DNA of 64,000 bases from NCBI GenBank assembly GCA_963662545.2, contig CAXXLL010000003.1:1856001-1920000 (forward strand), read 5' to 3'. Below are positions 31,384 through 40,954 of the stretch, one piece after another (position 1 is the stretch's first letter; every line of letters starts with the position of its first letter). Under the pieces are notes generated by a model. It made no database searches, was not told where the DNA came from, and saw nothing but the letters and a program-made list of their open reading frames with translations. The position numbers were made by a program, and so were the translations under genes. Source of the stretch: Gammaproteobacteria bacterium (GTDB lineage: Bacteria > Pseudomonadota > Gammaproteobacteria > Ga0077536).

Positions 31384-32169
31384 TCAAACTCGAAAACCGC
31401 CATGGCGTCGCCGATTCATACTATCCATGAAATAGACGCCGACGCCAAACGCGGCGGCGACTATGGCGGTGAGGAGCACCATCAGGGTGGTTGCATAGGA
31501 TTCCAAGACCATGGGTACCAAAGCTGAGACGTCTTCTTTGGACGAGCGCGCTTCGAGCTTCTCGATGTGGTTTTGCGCGTCGTCGAGCGCATTCTCGAGT
31601 CCGTCCCGGGCGCGCTCAAGCTCTGCCATGCGGACGTCGAGCGGCACTTCGGCCCGTTTGATTTGAGTCCGTAGCGTTGCTAATTCGGATTGATATTTGC
31701 CGGCGCGCAGCCGTTCGCCGGAGAGCTTGCCCTTGAGCTCGGTATTTTCCTTCGTAAAAGCTTCGATCTGTGCTTCGGCGGCGCGCAGATCGGCGGCGAA
31801 ATCAGCACCGGCGGGCGCGGGACCGGGCGTCTGCTCCAGTGTCTTGATGCGCTGCTCCAAGGACACCTTTTCCTTCTCCAGTTCTGCGACACGGATCGTT
31901 GCCGGTCGGTCGTTGGTGAGGTAGGCGGAGTCGACCCAACCCCTCACGTTATCCGGATCCTGGACATACGCCAGCTCGCCTTCGCGGCGCAATACTTCCA
32001 GCGGCGTACCGGTGCGCAACACCTTGATGATGGCGCTGTCGAGATCCTTGTTCTGGTGGACGCCGACAAGGAGCTCGTCGATGACATAAACGGTATCGGG
32101 CGCGGCCGATGCCACGGGCAGCCAGCAACCCAGAATTAGAAGCGTACAGAATCTAGTTGGCGAAAACAT
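31384..32169 (-). CDS. SH3-domain coiled-coil membrane-anchored protein (YgiM/TIGR04211-like)
   Basis: Signal peptide, SH3b 'GTPLEVL...GWV...YL', coiled coil, C-terminal TM + 'RRRHGGFR'. Confidence 0.75.
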   Translation of the reverse strand: MFSPTRFCTLLILGCWLPVASAAPDTVYVIDELLVGVHQNKDLDSAIIKVLRTGTPLEVLRREGELAYVQDPDNVRGWVDSAYLTNDRPATIRVAELEKEKVSLEQRIKTLEQTPGPAPAGADFAADLRAAEAQIEAFTKENTELKGKLSGERLRAGKYQSELATLRTQIKRAEVPLDVRMAELERARDGLENALDDAQNHIEKLEARSSKEDVSALVPMVLESYATTLMVLLTAIVAAAFGVGVYFMDSMNRRRHGGFRV

Positions 32170-32192
32170 GCCGCGCAGATTATCCAGCGTCT

Positions 32193-34235
32193 TCAGGCAT
32201 TCAGTCCAGCTTGTCGCAGCAACGGCGCGACGCGAGGTTTGCGGCCGCGAAAGCGCTCAAACAGGGTCATCGCGTCTTCCGCACCGCCGTTTTCTAAGAT
32301 GATCGAGCGGAATCTCTTGCCCATTTCCCGATTGAAAATACCTTCTTCCTCAAATAGCGAGAACGCGTCCGCAGACAATACCTCCGCCCATTTGTAACTG
32401 TAATAGCCGGCCGCATATCCCCCCGCGAAAATGTGAGAGAAGCTGTGTTGAAAGCGGTTGTAGGAGGGTGGCTCCACGACGGCGACCCGTTGTCTCACGC
32501 GCTCGATCAGAGACTGGATGTCCGTTCCTGGCTCGAATTCGATATGCAGCTGGAAATCGAACAGCGCGAACTCCAACTGCCGGACCAATTGCATCGCCGC
32601 GTGAAATCGTTTCGATGCGATGAGGCGTTCGTACAGTTCGTCGGGTAAGGACGCACCCGTCTCGTGATGGCGGCTGATGATGTCAAGGGCTTCGCGTTCC
32701 CAGCACCAGTTCTCCAGAAATTGGCTTGGCAGCTCGACTGCGTCCCAGGGAACCCCGTTAATTCCGGCCACCGCAAGCCGGTCGATGCGGGTCAGCATGT
32801 GGTGAAGGCCGTGTCCGAATTCGTGGAAGAGGGTGATGACATCGTCGTGCGTCAGCAAGCTTGGGCGGTTGGCCACCGGCGGCGTGAAATTGCAATTGAG
32901 AAAGGCGACCGGCAATTGTGCGTTCGATCCGTCGTGCCAGCGCACCAGACATTCGTCCATCCACGCGCCGGGCCGCTTCTTCTCCCGCGCGTACAGATCG
33001 AGATAAAAATAGCCGAGCGGCAGGCCATCGGTATCACGAATGGCGAAAAATCGAACGTCGGGATGCCAGGTTTCGACATCGTCGATCGCGTCGAATCCGA
33101 TATCGAACAGTTGCGCGACGACCGCAAACATGCCGTCGATGACATGCGAGAGTGGGAAGTAGGGTTTGAGATCCTCCTGCGAAAGATCGAACCGGTCTTG
33201 CTTGAGCTTCTCCGCGCAATAGCCCATATCCCAGGCCTGTAACTTTTCAATACCGAAACGTCGCCGCGCAAACTCGCCTAATTCATCGAATTCGCGCTCA
33301 GCGTTAGGCGACGCCTTTTCGGCGAGTTCACTGAGAAACTCAAGCACTGCGTTTGTCGAGGACGCCATCTTCGTGGCAAGCGAGTATGCCGCGTAGTTGT
33401 CGAATCCCAGGATGTGTGCAAGCTCCTGCCGCTTGCTCAGAATCGAGGCCATGATGGTGGAGTTGTCGAACCGACCGGCGTCCGGCCCCTCGGCGGACGC
33501 CCGCGTCGAGTAGGCTTCATAGAGCGTGTGCCTGAGTTCACGATCGTCCAGGCGCGTCATCGCCGGCACGTAACACGGCAGATCGAGAGTCAAGGTCCAG
33601 CCGGGGTCATCGTCGCGTTCGGCATTTTGGCGCGCCAGGGCGACGACCGATTCGGGAAGGCCGCCCAGCCTGTCTTCGTCGTCGATATTGAGCTTGAAAG
33701 ATTGCGTCGCATCGAGCACGTTCTCCTCGAAGCGCGTTCCGAGCTGCGCGAGGTCGACTTTGAGCGCGGTCACCCGATCCTGTTGCTCAGCCGGTAGCGC
33801 GACGCCCCCTAGGTGGAAGTCCCGCAATGCGTTGGTAATAACCTTTTTCTGTGCCAGGTCGAATGCCTCGAAGTCCGGATTCGACTGAATGCGTTCATAG
33901 CATCGGAAAAGCAACGCATGCTGGGCGAGTTCACTGGTGTATTCGCTGATGAGGGAAACGCAGGCTTTGTGTGGTTCGCGCATCACCTCGTCGTCGACGA
34001 CATTGTGCAAATGGGCAATGGGCGAAAAAAAGCGTTGCAGTTCGTCCGCCAAGGCTTCCATCGGCGCGGCAACGCGATGCCAGGTGGCCGCATCGGGATC
34101 CGTGGTTAACGAATCGATACGCGCCCGGTGGCTATCGAGCAATGACCTGAGCCGTTGCGGGAAAGAGGCGTAATCCATCCCTGCGAATCGTGGTAGACGA
34201 GCTAAGGTAAACGGGCCGGCCTTCTCATCGTTCAT
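32193..34235 (-). CDS. prlC: Oligopeptidase A (M3)
   Basis: 'TLFHEFGHGLHHML', 'WDAVELPSQ', 'FSHIFAGGYAAGYYSYKWAEVL'. Confidence 0.95.
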   Translation of the reverse strand: MNDEKAGPFTLARLPRFAGMDYASFPQRLRSLLDSHRARIDSLTTDPDAATWHRVAAPMEALADELQRFFSPIAHLHNVVDDEVMREPHKACVSLISEYTSELAQHALLFRCYERIQSNPDFEAFDLAQKKVITNALRDFHLGGVALPAEQQDRVTALKVDLAQLGTRFEENVLDATQSFKLNIDDEDRLGGLPESVVALARQNAERDDDPGWTLTLDLPCYVPAMTRLDDRELRHTLYEAYSTRASAEGPDAGRFDNSTIMASILSKRQELAHILGFDNYAAYSLATKMASSTNAVLEFLSELAEKASPNAEREFDELGEFARRRFGIEKLQAWDMGYCAEKLKQDRFDLSQEDLKPYFPLSHVIDGMFAVVAQLFDIGFDAIDDVETWHPDVRFFAIRDTDGLPLGYFYLDLYAREKKRPGAWMDECLVRWHDGSNAQLPVAFLNCNFTPPVANRPSLLTHDDVITLFHEFGHGLHHMLTRIDRLAVAGINGVPWDAVELPSQFLENWCWEREALDIISRHHETGASLPDELYERLIASKRFHAAMQLVRQLEFALFDFQLHIEFEPGTDIQSLIERVRQRVAVVEPPSYNRFQHSFSHIFAGGYAAGYYSYKWAEVLSADAFSLFEEEGIFNREMGKRFRSIILENGGAEDAMTLFERFRGRKPRVAPLLRQAGLNA

Positions 34236-34331
34236 AGCCCCATTATGCAGAACGGTGCCATAGCCCGCATATTCAACTACGCAATTGGAACCGATCTTTT
34301 CAGGAAGATTAAGAAACCCTTCCCAAGCGGG

Positions 34332-35300
34332 TCAACCAGCCATCAAACGTACGCCGATGGCCCAGATCGCCGTGCACAACAACGGCACGGCGACCGTCAG
34401 CAGTCCAGCGGCGGTCCGCATGCATGTCTTGATGATGTCATCCTCGGTGCCCGCGGCGATGACGAATGGGCGGCGGCGGTCGCGGGTCCGACCGAGCACG
34501 TCCACGGGCGGCGGACCGCTCCCCTCTTTCTGCCCGGCCGCGACCTCGCGTTCTGCCTCGACGCGCGCCTTTTCCCATTCCTCTGCGTCGATTTGACCGT
34601 CCCCGTTTTCGTCGAAACGCCCTAATATCGAAGCCTGATCGCGTTTCCATTCACGCAGGAGCTCGCCGACGGCTGCATCGGAGTCGAAGCGTGGCCCCAC
34701 CCCGCCGTGGGTCGTGAAATGGCCTATCGCGTATATCGGATCGCCGGGTTCGATACGCTGTTCGTTATAGCGATAGGGTTTTCCCAGCTGACCCAAGACG
34801 CGGGCCCACCAGACGCCGTCGCTATCGTGATAGCGCCCCGGTATGCGGCTGGTCCCGTACCACGTATTGCTATGGGTGGGTGTGACCACGGCGCCCTCTG
34901 GATCAATCGCACAATGACCGCTCGTATCGACGAGATAAAACAACTCCTCGCTGGTCGCCTGATCTACGGTGGTCCATCGCGTCGTTCGCTTGCCGTTGGC
35001 GTAGTGTGTCTCGCGATGCTCGACCTTGTACTTGTACCAGCCGCATAACTTCATCGACAGGGGCGCATGGATGGGCTCGCCGTCCATCAAGTCCGCCATG
35101 CCCTGAAGCTCTATATATCCTTGGGGCGCAGACCGTATGAGAGAAGTTGGCATGTCCTCGATTACCCGTTTGCGTTTCAGGTAGACGAATGCACCGATTA
35201 AGGCGCCGATGGCCATTAGCGTGCACACAATCGCGAGGAACCAGAACTCGCCGGGCTGCGCCTGCTGAATGGTATTGGCGAACGTATCGAGGGTGGCCAT
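34332..35300 (-). CDS. GIDE-domain (E3-ligase-like ectodomain family) membrane protein with EF-hand loop
   Basis: TM, 'IEDMPTS.IRSAPQGYIEL.G', EF-hand 'DENGDGQIDAEE', C-terminal TM; downstream of lemA. Confidence 0.7.
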   Translation of the reverse strand: MATLDTFANTIQQAQPGEFWFLAIVCTLMAIGALIGAFVYLKRKRVIEDMPTSLIRSAPQGYIELQGMADLMDGEPIHAPLSMKLCGWYKYKVEHRETHYANGKRTTRWTTVDQATSEELFYLVDTSGHCAIDPEGAVVTPTHSNTWYGTSRIPGRYHDSDGVWWARVLGQLGKPYRYNEQRIEPGDPIYAIGHFTTHGGVGPRFDSDAAVGELLREWKRDQASILGRFDENGDGQIDAEEWEKARVEAEREVAAGQKEGSGPPPVDVLGRTRDRRRPFVIAAGTEDDIIKTCMRTAAGLLTVAVPLLCTAIWAIGVRLMAG

Positions 35301-35331
35301 GACGGCGGCGGGCCAGAGAGGATCCAAAAAT

Positions 35332-35904
35332 TTAGTTGAACAAGGCTTTGACGTCCACGTCCTTTCGATCTTCTTCTGAAAACTCCAGGAGCGCCGGTTG
35401 ACCGAAACCGAACCAGCGAGAGATAACGACGTCGGGAAACTGTTGGACGCGTACGTTGTTGAGATTGACCGAGTCGTTGTAGAACTCGCGGCGGTCGGCG
35501 ATGGTGTTCTCGAGTGTCGTGATGCGTTCGCGCAGGTGCTTGAAGTTCTTGTCTGCTTTCAGTTCCGGATAATTTTCGGCCACCGCGAATAGCTTGCCGA
35601 GGCCTTGACGGAGCGATGTTTCAGCGCCGCCCAGGCCGCCTATGTCACCGGTTTCGCGCGCCGCAAAAACCGCGGAGCGGGCGGTCACGACGCGCTCTAG
35701 CGTATCTTTCTCGTGTGCCATGTAGGCTTTGCAGATCTCGACGAGCTTTGGCAATTCGTCGTGGCGTTGCTTGAGTAATACGTCGATGTTCGACCAGGCT
35801 TTGGAAACGTTATGCTTCAGCGTGACGAGGCCATTATAGATCGTAATGCAATAGGCGAGAACGACCGTAGCGAGAACGAGAACGATTATCGTTCCGATGT
35901 CCAT
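35332..35904 (-). CDS. lemA: LemA family protein
   Basis: 'IYNGLV...AWSNIDVLLKQRHD', 'AVAENYPELKA', 'RREFYN..V..NN...QQFP'. Confidence 0.93.
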   Translation of the reverse strand: MDIGTIIVLVLATVVLAYCITIYNGLVTLKHNVSKAWSNIDVLLKQRHDELPKLVEICKAYMAHEKDTLERVVTARSAVFAARETGDIGGLGGAETSLRQGLGKLFAVAENYPELKADKNFKHLRERITTLENTIADRREFYNDSVNLNNVRVQQFPDVVISRWFGFGQPALLEFSEEDRKDVDVKALFN

Positions 35905-36013
35905 GTGCCCTCTCCAATGCGCCGGCATCCGCGTGTATTATCTCACTTAATCGGCGCGCTACGCTGATTCCTTAACTGCCCGGCGCTGACATGTGAACAG
36001 AGGACGAATCGAT

Positions 36014-36478
36014 ATGAAAGGCGATAAGAAAGTCATCGAGTATTTAAACAAGGTTCTAAAAAACGAACTGACAGCCGTCAATCAATATTTCCTCCACGCG
36101 CGCATGTTCAAGAACTGGGGGCTGACAGAGCTCGACAATTATGAGTACAAGGAGTCGACCGACGAGATGAAGCACGCGGATCGGCTCATCGAACGGACTC
36201 TATTCCTCGAAGGGCTGCCGAATTTGCAGGACCTCGGGTTTCTGCGTGTCGGAGAAAATACGGTTGAAATACTGAAAGCGGATCTCGCACTCGAGCACGA
36301 CGCAATTCCCGTCGTGCGCGAGGCCATCGCGTATTGTGAATCCGTCAGCGATTTCGTGACCCGGGAGTTGTTCGAAGCCATCCTCGAAGAAGAAGAGGAT
36401 CACGTCGATTGGCTCGAGACCCAGCTCGATCTGGTCGAGCGCGTAGGCCTCGAGAACTACCAGCAATCGAAGATGTAA
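36014..36478 (+). CDS. bfr: Bacterioferritin
   Basis: [24 protein letters not shown], 'DEMKHAD', '[11 protein letters not shown]'. Confidence 0.97.
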   Translation: MKGDKKVIEYLNKVLKNELTAVNQYFLHARMFKNWGLTELDNYEYKESTDEMKHADRLIERTLFLEGLPNLQDLGFLRVGENTVEILKADLALEHDAIPVVREAIAYCESVSDFVTRELFEAILEEEEDHVDWLETQLDLVERVGLENYQQSKM

Positions 36479-36518
36479 TTACTGCGTCGAACGGGTTCGC
36501 CGGATACAATCGATAGTT

Positions 36519-36537
36519 GCAAATGGTTCTCATTTGT
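36519..36537. promoter_or_regulatory. Fur-box-like site upstream of bfd
   Basis: GCAAATGGTTCTCATTTGT, AATG-N5-CATT palindrome resembling GATAATGATAATCATTATC. Confidence 0.65.
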
Positions 36538-36574
36538 ACTACCGTTACGATTGTCGACTTGATAACCGTTAGCT

Positions 36575-36790
36575 ATGTACGTATGTCTCTGCAATAACGT
36601 CACCGAAGGTGACATCGTGGACGCCGTCCAGAACGGTGCACGTACGCTCGATTGCCTGGCCAGCCGGCTGGCCGTTTCGACCTGTTGCGGGCAGTGCCAG
36701 TACTTCGCCGACGCATGCCTCCAGAGCGCACTCGAAGCGACTTCCCCCCTTGCTGCCGCGGCCGGACCGGCGCTGCAGCTAGCGACTTAA
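36575..36790 (+). CDS. bfd: Bacterioferritin-associated ferredoxin
   Basis: MYVCLCN...CCGQC. Confidence 0.93.
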   Translation: MYVCLCNNVTEGDIVDAVQNGARTLDCLASRLAVSTCCGQCQYFADACLQSALEATSPLAAAAGPALQLAT

Positions 36791-36848
36791 TCTCTTAATC
36801 GAACCGGAAACGGCGCACACGGCATGGATCCGTCCTGATCTAGTGAAT

Positions 36849-36867
36849 GTCAATGCGTCTCATTAAC
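36849..36867. promoter_or_regulatory. Fur-box-like site upstream of porin gene
   Basis: GTCAATGCGTCTCATTAAC, same AATG-N5-CATT geometry. Confidence 0.55.
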
Positions 36868-36921
36868 CCCCTCATTTAAAACAAAAGGCGAACCCCTCGA
36901 CTTACCACCAGAGATACGTCA

Positions 36922-38253
36922 ATGAACCGCAGGCAAACGATAACGCTCGCCCTAGCGCTGCTCCTGGCACCGACTTTCACGGCGGCAGAAAGCACCCCGG
37001 ACCTGGAAGAGCTCTGGCGCATCGTGCAGCAGCAACAGCGAACAATACAAACCCTGACGGAAAAGCTCGATGGGGCCCTGCGCGCACTCGATCGGACCGA
37101 GACCCAGCTGGCGGGCGCGCAAGAACAGCTCACGGAGCATTCAGAACGCATCGAGGCGACTGCCGAGGTCGTTGACGAATCCCGTGGTGTATCCAAAGCG
37201 GCGTCCTGGACCGAGCGCACCAGCATCGGCGGCTACGGTGAATTGCATTACAACAACCTCGAGGACAATTCGGTCTCGGCCGACGGCGGTGCGGACGATC
37301 TCAACCGCGTCGATTTTCACCGGTTTGTTCTGTTGGTGACTCATGAATTCAACGACTGGCTGCGCTTTGCTGCAGAAGTCGAACTCGAACACGCCCTCGC
37401 GGGTGACGGAGAGCCCGGCGAAGTAGAAATTGAGCAGGCCTGGATCGAGGCCGATCTGAGTGACAGGCATCACCTGCGTGCGGGACTCGACATCCTGCCG
37501 ATCGGTTTGCTCAACCCAACGCACGAACCGAATACCTTCTACGGCGTCGAGCGCAACCGCGTGGAATCCGAAATCATCCCCAGCACCTGGTGGGAAGCCG
37601 GCATCGGCTTGTTCGGGGACCTCATGCCCGGATTGAGCTACGACCTCGTGATTCACTCCGGGCTCGTGATGCCGACGGCGGGCGCCAGTGCATTTCGACC
37701 TCGCAGCGGTCGTTTGAAGGTAGCCGAAGCCGACGATCAGGATTTTGCGTTCACCGGACGTCTGCGCTACACGGCGCTACCCGGACTCGAGTTAGCGCTC
37801 TCCGGCCAGTACCAGGCCGATTATTCGGGTACCGCCGACGACTTCGACGCCGCTGCCTTCCTCGTCGAGTCCCACCTCGACTATCGTCACGCCAGCGGTC
37901 TTGGATTGCGCGCGCTGTATGCGCGCTGGGAATTGGGGGACGATTCTTCCAGCGCCGTCGACCCACGAACGCGCGACGCGGAAACACTTTCAGGATGGTA
38001 TGTCGAACCCGCCTACCGTTTCGCGATAGGGATCGCCCCGGGCGAATTGGGCATTTTCGGACGTTACAGTCGCTGGGATGAGCGTGATCAACTCGGGCTC
38101 CTGTTCCAGGAATTCGAACGGTTCGATATCGGTATGAATTACTGGCCGCATCCCGACTTGGTGTTGAAATTCGACGTCCAGTGGGAGGACGTGGACGACC
38201 CGGTTGACCGCGTACTCGATGGCTTTAACCTTGGATTAGGTTACCGATTCTGA
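36922..38253 (+). CDS. Outer-membrane beta-barrel porin with N-terminal coiled coil
   Basis: Signal peptide, coiled coil, 'IGGYGELHYN', 'DFHRFVL', 'E.ELEH', 'HEP.TFYGVERN', terminal 'LGLGYRF'. Confidence 0.8.
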   Translation: MNRRQTITLALALLLAPTFTAAESTPDLEELWRIVQQQQRTIQTLTEKLDGALRALDRTETQLAGAQEQLTEHSERIEATAEVVDESRGVSKAASWTERTSIGGYGELHYNNLEDNSVSADGGADDLNRVDFHRFVLLVTHEFNDWLRFAAEVELEHALAGDGEPGEVEIEQAWIEADLSDRHHLRAGLDILPIGLLNPTHEPNTFYGVERNRVESEIIPSTWWEAGIGLFGDLMPGLSYDLVIHSGLVMPTAGASAFRPRSGRLKVAEADDQDFAFTGRLRYTALPGLELALSGQYQADYSGTADDFDAAAFLVESHLDYRHASGLGLRALYARWELGDDSSSAVDPRTRDAETLSGWYVEPAYRFAIGIAPGELGIFGRYSRWDERDQLGLLFQEFERFDIGMNYWPHPDLVLKFDVQWEDVDDPVDRVLDGFNLGLGYRF

Positions 38254-38338
38254 TCTTGCCCGCCTATTGTGTGAAGGACGGCGGCTGCCAGAACGCCCGG
38301 CGCCGCGCGGGTCCTACGTACCCGTGGACCACCTTGCA

Positions 38339-38905
38339 ATGATCACTGATGAAACGCGAGCGGGACTCGCCCGGCAAGCCTGTCGTTGCGCGCGTTGGCC
38401 GATTTTCTGCATCGCGCTCCTCGCTGCAGTGCCCACTGCGGCGGTCGATTTCTTCCTCGAACCCGGCGCGTTTCTGGCGGAAACCTTTGCAGGCACTGTG
38501 CCTGAACCGGACAAGTTGTGGCTCAAAGGCCCTATCAAAGAGCAGATCCATGCGATCCTGGGAGCGGGACTCGGTTCGCTCCGGATCAAATACTGGGCCC
38601 GCGATGGACGGACCGCCTGGATCCTTGATGCCATCGGCCGCGACCGCCCGATCACCGCCGGCTTCGTCATCGAGGCAGGCTGCGTCGTACGGGTGGCCAT
38701 ACTGATTTATCGAGAAAGCCGCGGGTGGGAGGTGCGCTACCCATTCTTTACCGATCAATTCTTTGGTGCTCGGTTGATCGACGACGACGCCCTCGACCGG
38801 AACATAGACGGCATAACGGGAGCGACCCTTTCCGTACGTGCCATTACGGGATTGTCAAAAGTGGCGTTGCTCCTGCACCGTGAGGCGCGGAAAATAGCTG
38901 AGTGA
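38339..38905 (+). CDS. Periplasmic FMN-binding (flavinylated) domain protein
   Basis: 'IDGITGATLS' [S/T]GA[S/T] flavinylation motif, 'YRESRGWEV'; start uncertain. Confidence 0.8.
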   Translation: MITDETRAGLARQACRCARWPIFCIALLAAVPTAAVDFFLEPGAFLAETFAGTVPEPDKLWLKGPIKEQIHAILGAGLGSLRIKYWARDGRTAWILDAIGRDRPITAGFVIEAGCVVRVAILIYRESRGWEVRYPFFTDQFFGARLIDDDALDRNIDGITGATLSVRAITGLSKVALLLHREARKIAE

Positions 38906-39708
38906 ATACACCAGAAGACCTCCGAATTCGCCCGCAGCCGCCGCGCTTACATCCGGTCACCCGCTGGCACCGGCTCGTCGGCATCGCCAGTACGGCCGTC
39001 GTGCTGCTTACGATCACCACCGGGCTCATTCTCAACCACAGCGACGCATGGGATCTCTCGAAGCGGCGGGCGCGCAGTGCGGCCGTTTACTACCTCTACG
39101 GACATTCAAATCCGCCGCTGTCTTCCTCCTACCGCATCGGCCGTGGATGGATCACGCAAATCGGCTCACGCGTGTTTCTCGATGGTGCCGAGATCCTGCA
39201 ACACCAGGCTTTGTTCGTTGGTGCCGTCGAAATAGAAAACGCGATCCTGATTGCATTTGAAGATGGCGTGGTTGAGCTCGATGAGGATTTGAACGTGGTC
39301 GAACGATATGGTGTGCTGGACGGCTTGAAACCGCCGGTAAAGCAAATCGGCTCGAACGGGGACGACGCCTTTGTCGAGGCGGCGGCGCGCGTTATGCGAT
39401 TCGACACCGCCGCCGCGGCATTCGTTGCGAACGACGGGTTCGCGCCCCGCTGGCAGGCAGCGAGCCCGCTTCCCGATAGTATTTCAAGGGAACTCGTTTC
39501 GAACTACCGCGGGCCAGGCGTGAGCTATGAGCAACTACTACTCGATCTGCATTCGGGACGCCTGTTCGGCGCGGCCGGTGTCGTCATCGTCGATGCGGCC
39601 GCCGTCTGCATGTTGGTCCTGGCGGTGAGCGGCATTTACCTGTGGTTCAAGTTCAAGCGCAACAACCTTCCCCCGCCCCCGAAAGAACTCCCCTCGAATC
39701 GACCGTAA
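38902..39708 (+). CDS. PepSY-associated TM helix protein
   Basis: 'RWHRLVG...TGLILNH' and 'LLDLHSGRLFG...SGIYLW' conserved His helices. Confidence 0.8.
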   Translation: MNTPEDLRIRPQPPRLHPVTRWHRLVGIASTAVVLLTITTGLILNHSDAWDLSKRRARSAAVYYLYGHSNPPLSSSYRIGRGWITQIGSRVFLDGAEILQHQALFVGAVEIENAILIAFEDGVVELDEDLNVVERYGVLDGLKPPVKQIGSNGDDAFVEAAARVMRFDTAAAAFVANDGFAPRWQAASPLPDSISRELVSNYRGPGVSYEQLLLDLHSGRLFGAAGVVIVDAAAVCMLVLAVSGIYLWFKFKRNNLPPPPKELPSNRP

Positions 39709-39744
39709 CCCGGATTAACAGCTTCGCGAAGAAAAATCGTCAGC

Positions 39745-40512
39745 TTATACGACCACAGCCGCGTTCGCGGAACCACACTCCGGACAGCGTGGGTCCTTGC
39801 CGAAACGCATCGACTGCCATTCCATAGCGAGTGCATCCAAGAGCAGTAACCGCCCCGTTAGATCTGCGCCGATCCCCATCAACACCTTCAGTGTCTCCAT
39901 CGCCTGGACACTGCCGATGATCCCTAATAGCGGAGCGACGACGCCGTTCTGCGCACAGGTTTCCGCAACGCTTGATTCGTTCGAATAAAGGCAGCGGTAA
40001 CAAGGACTGTCCTCGTTTCCCGGATGAAACACCGAGACCTGTCCTTCAAAGCGAATCGCCGCACCCGAGATCAAAGGTTTCCGGTGACGCACGCAGTGTC
40101 GGTTAATTTCGAAACGTGTTTCAAAATTATCCGTCGCGTCGACCACGGCATCGACCGTTGGTAGCAATTCGTCGAATGCTTTGCGGTCGAGCTTGTGATC
40201 GTGTGTTTCGATCGCCGTCAATGGGTTGAGCGCAAGTAAGCGGTCACGCGCAGATTCGACCTTCTTCCGTCGTAAATCCCCGCTCGAATGCACGATCTGG
40301 CGCTGGAGATTGGAGAGTTCGACTTCGTCGTGATCGACCAGCACCAGGCGTCCGACGCCGGAAGCCGCGAGGTACATCGATGCCGGCGAACCGAGACCTC
40401 CCAGGCCGATCAGCAAAACAGAAGAATTGATGAGACGGTTCTGTCCTTCGATGTCGATTTGTGGCAGCAGAATGTGACGGCTGTAGCGGAGCAATAGCTG
40501 GTCATCCATCAT
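39745..40512 (-). CDS. moeB: Molybdopterin-synthase adenylyltransferase MoeB/ThiF family
   Basis: 'RYSRHILL', GLGGLGS, 'SNLQRQ', CYRC and CPEC Zn motifs. Confidence 0.92.
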   Translation of the reverse strand: MMDDQLLLRYSRHILLPQIDIEGQNRLINSSVLLIGLGGLGSPASMYLAASGVGRLVLVDHDEVELSNLQRQIVHSSGDLRRKKVESARDRLLALNPLTAIETHDHKLDRKAFDELLPTVDAVVDATDNFETRFEINRHCVRHRKPLISGAAIRFEGQVSVFHPGNEDSPCYRCLYSNESSVAETCAQNGVVAPLLGIIGSVQAMETLKVLMGIGADLTGRLLLLDALAMEWQSMRFGKDPRCPECGSANAAVVV

Positions 40513-40954
40513 TGTTCTCCTTAGGCGGCGCGGGATCTCCCGCCTGTACGGTGCGCCGTATCTCTGAGCGTGCCCGCTGTCGGCGACGGATCTCCAGGCG
40601 ACCCGCTTCCCGTCGAGCGTTATGAGCGACGTAAATTCGCTGCACGAGTTTGTCCCAGCCGCCGAGGTACTTCAAATCTTCCCGCTGGACGGATTCCCGG
40701 TAGCAGGCGATGGACCACCGCAAGCGTTCGAGCATGGACAAGCCGTCCAAGTCGAAGTCGACGGCGGCTAGAATCGTCTCGAGGGTAATTGTGCTCGGAT
40801 CGTAGGTGATTATGACGGTAGCCTCGCCAACTTCCAGATTTTCGACACCGGCTATCCCGGCCAGTTCGTCGAGGTCTCGGTCGTTTCCGATCGCGCTCGC
40901 CGGCAGCGCGCGTTGGACGTGCCATCTTCGGTCGGCATCTCGCAGATGCTTCAT
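40502..40954 (-). CDS. Hypothetical protein, weak HMA-like fold without CxxC
   Basis: Overlaps prmC (ATGA) and moeB; 'L.GIAGV..LEV...IITYDP'. Confidence 0.55.
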   Translation of the reverse strand: MKHLRDADRRWHVQRALPASAIGNDRDLDELAGIAGVENLEVGEATVIITYDPSTITLETILAAVDFDLDGLSMLERLRWSIACYRESVQREDLKYLGGWDKLVQRIYVAHNARREAGRLEIRRRQRARSEIRRTVQAGDPAPPKENNDG

